In this document: in pieces, positions 61,127 through 64,000 of the stretch
How the letters are laid out: each line of letters begins with the position of its first letter
How positions within the stretch are numbered: position 1 is the first letter of the stretch
Translations under genes and position numbers: made by a program
Origin: Pontiella sp.
GTDB taxonomy: Bacteria > Verrucomicrobiota > Kiritimatiellia > Kiritimatiellales > Pontiellaceae
Direction of reading: 5' to 3'
Length of the DNA stretch: 64,000 nt
Assembly: GCA_050290185.1 (NCBI GenBank)
Contig: JBNKHE010000006.1
Location: forward strand, 64,001 to 128,000
Notes under the pieces: generated by a model
What the model was told of the DNA's origin: nothing
The model's database searches: none
What the model saw: only the letters and a program-made list of their open reading frames with translations

Positions 61127-61849
61127 ATGGCATGGACAGGTAAAATTATTGGCGGGGTGCTCGGTTCGCTGATCGGCCCCCTGGGCACCGTGATCGGCGT
61201 TGGCATTGGACATCAGTTCGACAAGGGGTCGGATCGCATGCAGACCACGGCGACGGCGATCCATACGGCCTTCATCGGCTGCCTGGCCAAGATGGCCAAG
61301 GCCGATGGGAAAATCACGAAGGAAGAGATCTCCGCGGTGGAGCAGATCATGGCTCGCCTAGGCTACCGGGGCCCCATGCGCGAAGCTGCCATTGAAATCT
61401 TTCGCAAAGCCAAGGATGACGCTCACACGGCCGCCGACTATCTCAACCAGCTCGCCACGATCATCCAGTTCAATCCGCAGATTGCCATGACCTTTCTCGC
61501 AGCGCTGCACGCCGTGGCGCAGGCGGACGGCATCATCCATCCGAACGAACGAGACATCCTGCTGCAGGCGGAGCGAGCCTTCCGGCTCCGGCCCGGCACC
61601 ATCGACGCCATGCTTGGCGGCGTGAGGGGCAACACCGCCAGCTCACTCGCCAACGCCTACAAGATGCTTGAAGTTTCCCCGGATGCCTCCGACGACGAAA
61701 TCAGAAAGGTGTATCGGCAGAAGTGCGTGGAATACCACCCCGACAAATTGGCCTCCAAGGGGCTCCCCGACGAATTCATGCAATATGCCAACGAGCAGCT
61801 CGCCAAGGTCAACGCCGCCTACGACACGATCAAGAAGGCGCGCGCCTGA
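61127..61849 (+). CDS. djlA: DnaJ-like co-chaperone DjlA (TerB-like + J domain)
   Basis: W.GKIIGG..G...GP.G...G..IGHQFD, AKMAKADG, YHPDKLASKGLP. Confidence 0.92.
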   Translation: MAWTGKIIGGVLGSLIGPLGTVIGVGIGHQFDKGSDRMQTTATAIHTAFIGCLAKMAKADGKITKEEISAVEQIMARLGYRGPMREAAIEIFRKAKDDAHTAADYLNQLATIIQFNPQIAMTFLAALHAVAQADGIIHPNERDILLQAERAFRLRPGTIDAMLGGVRGNTASSLANAYKMLEVSPDASDDEIRKVYRQKCVEYHPDKLASKGLPDEFMQYANEQLAKVNAAYDTIKKARA

Positions 61850-63653
61850 TCTGCTCCGACACCGCCGTCTCAAGTGCCTGCTTCAACACGGAGAAATCCA
61901 CCGGCTTGGTCACGAAACCGTCCATGCCCACCGACAGGCAACATTCCTTGTCCTCGGGCATGACGCTCGCGGTCACCGCAATAATCGGCGTCCGTGGACA
62001 GCGGTGCTCCGACTCCAACTCGCGAATACGGCGGCAGGCACTGAAGCCGTCCATTTTCGGCATACTGCAATCCATGAGAACAACTTCGTGCCGATCCCGC
62101 TGCCAGGCTTCCACGGCCTCGAGACCATTGACCGCAACATCCACAACGCATCCCATTTTTTCGAGCAGTTTGACGGCTACCACCTGATTGATCTTATTGT
62201 CCTCGGCGACCAGAACCCGCAAGCCAGCCAGGCCAACACCCGCTCCGGAAGAAGCGTCGCCGTTTGACGGGACGGAAACCTCTGGTGAAGTGGACGGAAT
62301 GGCCTTCTGCGTCTGCTGCGCAAAAGGCAGGGAAAACCAAAAAATCGAGCCCACGCCATACGTACTTTCAACGCCCATGGTTCCCCCCATCAAATCCACG
62401 AGTCGGCGGCTGATGGTCAGGCCCAACCCGGTACCGCCATACTTGCGCGTAGTGGAGGACTCCGCCTGCGTGAAGGAATCGAACAGGCTTTGCTGCACCT
62501 CCTCGGGTATGCCGATGCCGGTATCGCGGACGGAAAAATGCAGAACCACTTCATCGTCGCGGGTGTCCATTAGGGCGATTTCCAGATCAACCCCGCCCCT
62601 CTCTGTAAACTTGATGGCATTGCCCAAAAGGTTCAGCAGCACCTGCCGTAACCGCGCGGGGTCTCCGACCAGCTTATCGGGAACATCTGCGGGCAGCGAG
62701 CAGTCCAGGACCAACCCTTTTTCATCGGCACTGGGCCTAAACAGTTCGACGCATCTTTTGACCGTATCGCGCAGATCGAAATCCGTTTTCTCAAGGCATA
62801 GCTTACCGGCCTCGATTTTGGAAAAGTCGAGAATGTCGTTGGTGATGGCCAGCAAACTGTCTGCGCTGAACTTGATGGTTTTAGCCAATTCGCGCTGCTC
62901 CGGCATGAGCGGCGTATCCAGCAACAGATTGATTATACCAAGGACGCCGTTCATCGGCGTACGGATTTCATGACTCATACTTGCGAAGAACTCGTTCTTG
63001 GCCTTGCAGGAGACGAGTGCAGCCTCGGCCATTTTCTGGGCATTCCGGGTCGCGGACTTCAGCATTTCACTGGCCCGGGCCAACTCCGCGTTGACCTTTT
63101 CCAACTCCACGGTGCGCTCGTGCACCTTTTGCTCCAGGTGCACCAACCGCTGTTTCGCCTCGTTGTATAGCCGCCATTTTTCGGTCATGGAAACCGCCAG
63201 TTGCAGCACTTCGATGGTGTCGAACGGCTTTTTCAAGATGACAAGCCGGTCCGAGTAGCCGAGCTTTTGCAGCATCTCCTCCCAGGAATAGTCGGAATAG
63301 GCAGTGCAGATGACAATCTGGAGGTCGGGATATTTCCGCCAGATATGCGCGGCGGTTTCAATGCCGTCCCAGCCGGGCGGCATGCGCACGTCCACAAAGG
63401 CCATCGCGTAGGGCCGGTTCTCCATCAGGCTTTTTTCAATCAGGCCGAACCCTTCCCGGCCCTGGAACGCGGAATCGATCTGGAATTCCGGCATCGCGGC
63501 TTGCGCGGGTTGCTCGCCGAACAGTTCGGTCTCCATCGCGTCCAGCCGGTCGTTCGTGTTTTTGCGCCCGAGGATTTTCCTGAAATCTTCGTGGATTGAC
63601 TTGTTGTCGTCGATCACAAGTATGCGGTGGTTCTGGTTTGGATCAAATTTCAT
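61830..63653 (-). CDS. Hybrid histidine kinase REC-HisKA-HATPase-REC
   Basis: N-terminal receiver (DVRMPPGWDG), MSHEIRTPMNG, NLLGNAIKFT, GGTGLGL, C-terminal receiver. Confidence 0.95.
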   Translation of the reverse strand: MKFDPNQNHRILVIDDNKSIHEDFRKILGRKNTNDRLDAMETELFGEQPAQAAMPEFQIDSAFQGREGFGLIEKSLMENRPYAMAFVDVRMPPGWDGIETAAHIWRKYPDLQIVICTAYSDYSWEEMLQKLGYSDRLVILKKPFDTIEVLQLAVSMTEKWRLYNEAKQRLVHLEQKVHERTVELEKVNAELARASEMLKSATRNAQKMAEAALVSCKAKNEFFASMSHEIRTPMNGVLGIINLLLDTPLMPEQRELAKTIKFSADSLLAITNDILDFSKIEAGKLCLEKTDFDLRDTVKRCVELFRPSADEKGLVLDCSLPADVPDKLVGDPARLRQVLLNLLGNAIKFTERGGVDLEIALMDTRDDEVVLHFSVRDTGIGIPEEVQQSLFDSFTQAESSTTRKYGGTGLGLTISRRLVDLMGGTMGVESTYGVGSIFWFSLPFAQQTQKAIPSTSPEVSVPSNGDASSGAGVGLAGLRVLVAEDNKINQVVAVKLLEKMGCVVDVAVNGLEAVEAWQRDRHEVVLMDCSMPKMDGFSACRRIRELESEHRCPRTPIIAVTASVMPEDKECCLSVGMDGFVTKPVDFSVLKQALETAVSEQIRRAPS

Positions 63654-64000
63654 CGTCGTTCGTCCTTTGGTGGTTCAAGGGCAGTTCGAGGGTAAAGGCC
63701 GCCCCCTTTCCGGGGCCTTCGCTGAATACAGCAAGCGAGCCGCCCAACTCCTTGGCAGTCAGTGCGCTACTGTGCAGGCCAAAGCCGTACCCGTCTTTAC
63801 GCGTGGTGAATCCGTGGCTGAAAATGCGGACGAGGTTTTCCGGGGCAATCCCCACCCCGTTGTCCTCGACGGAAATCAGCACCCGGCTTCCGGCCTTGGC
63901 GGTGCGAAGAATGATCCGCTTGTCGGGCCGGCCCGACTCGTTGCAGGCGTGCCTGGCATTGCGGATGAGGTTCCCTACGATTTGCAGCACCTTGTGCTTC
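63643..64000 (-). CDS. Sensor histidine kinase, C-terminal HATPase part, 5'-truncated by the window edge
   Basis: KHKVLQIVGNLIRNA, VEDNGVGI, FSHGFTTR, GFGLH, SEGPGKGA.F. Confidence 0.9.
   Translation of the reverse strand, partial: KHKVLQIVGNLIRNARHACNESGRPDKRIILRTAKAGSRVLISVEDNGVGIAPENLVRIFSHGFTTRKDGYGFGLHSSALTAKELGGSLAVFSEGPGKGAAFTLELPLNHQRTNDDEI

Overview
Mostly core-genome bacterial DNA of moderately high GC. Gene content and style suggest a PVC-superphylum organism, probably Kiritimatiellota/Pontiella-like (inference, not tested). In order: a class III ribonucleotide reductase operon (5'-truncated nrdD, CxxC redoxin, nrdG); a minus-strand operon with two paralogous PAS-PP2C phosphatases, DUF1573 and a single-HKD PLD-family protein; slyX, pyk, ppnP; an oxyR / ahpC-ahpF-katG peroxide-stress cluster; a GNAT + RimK-like ATP-grasp pair; yebC, tyrS, rpsA; a TIGR03546/TIGR03545-like fusion; lipoprotein msrB; HNH; D-lactate dehydrogenase; a DnaQ-like exonuclease; an orphan secretin; trpC, prfB, lnt, nrdR; a Lys/Ala repeat histone-H1-like protein; infB, nusA; a secreted cyclophilin; lemA with an M48 peptidase; der; an AlkC-like gene; DUF1971; a large sensor / hybrid kinase / receiver cluster; MscS; DUF3999/DUF2339; djlA; and a further kinase pair. 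I saw no tRNA, rRNA, CRISPR array, transposase or prophage. The strongest leads are: (i) an apparently split two-gene sensor kinase, where an output-less membrane sensor ends in a GRELRMIELKKEIN coil and is coupled to a soluble kinase carrying an RKAALNIMED coil; (ii) a structured leader that locks the RBS of DUF1971; (iii) a PLD-fold protein with a Cas4/AddB-like CPR...CxxCx5C cysteine set; (iv) a probably redoxin-dependent NrdD; (v) a covarying REP-like repeat; (vi) an NrdR-coupled protein with a possible degenerate ATP cone. All family assignments are from motif recognition by eye, with no database searches.
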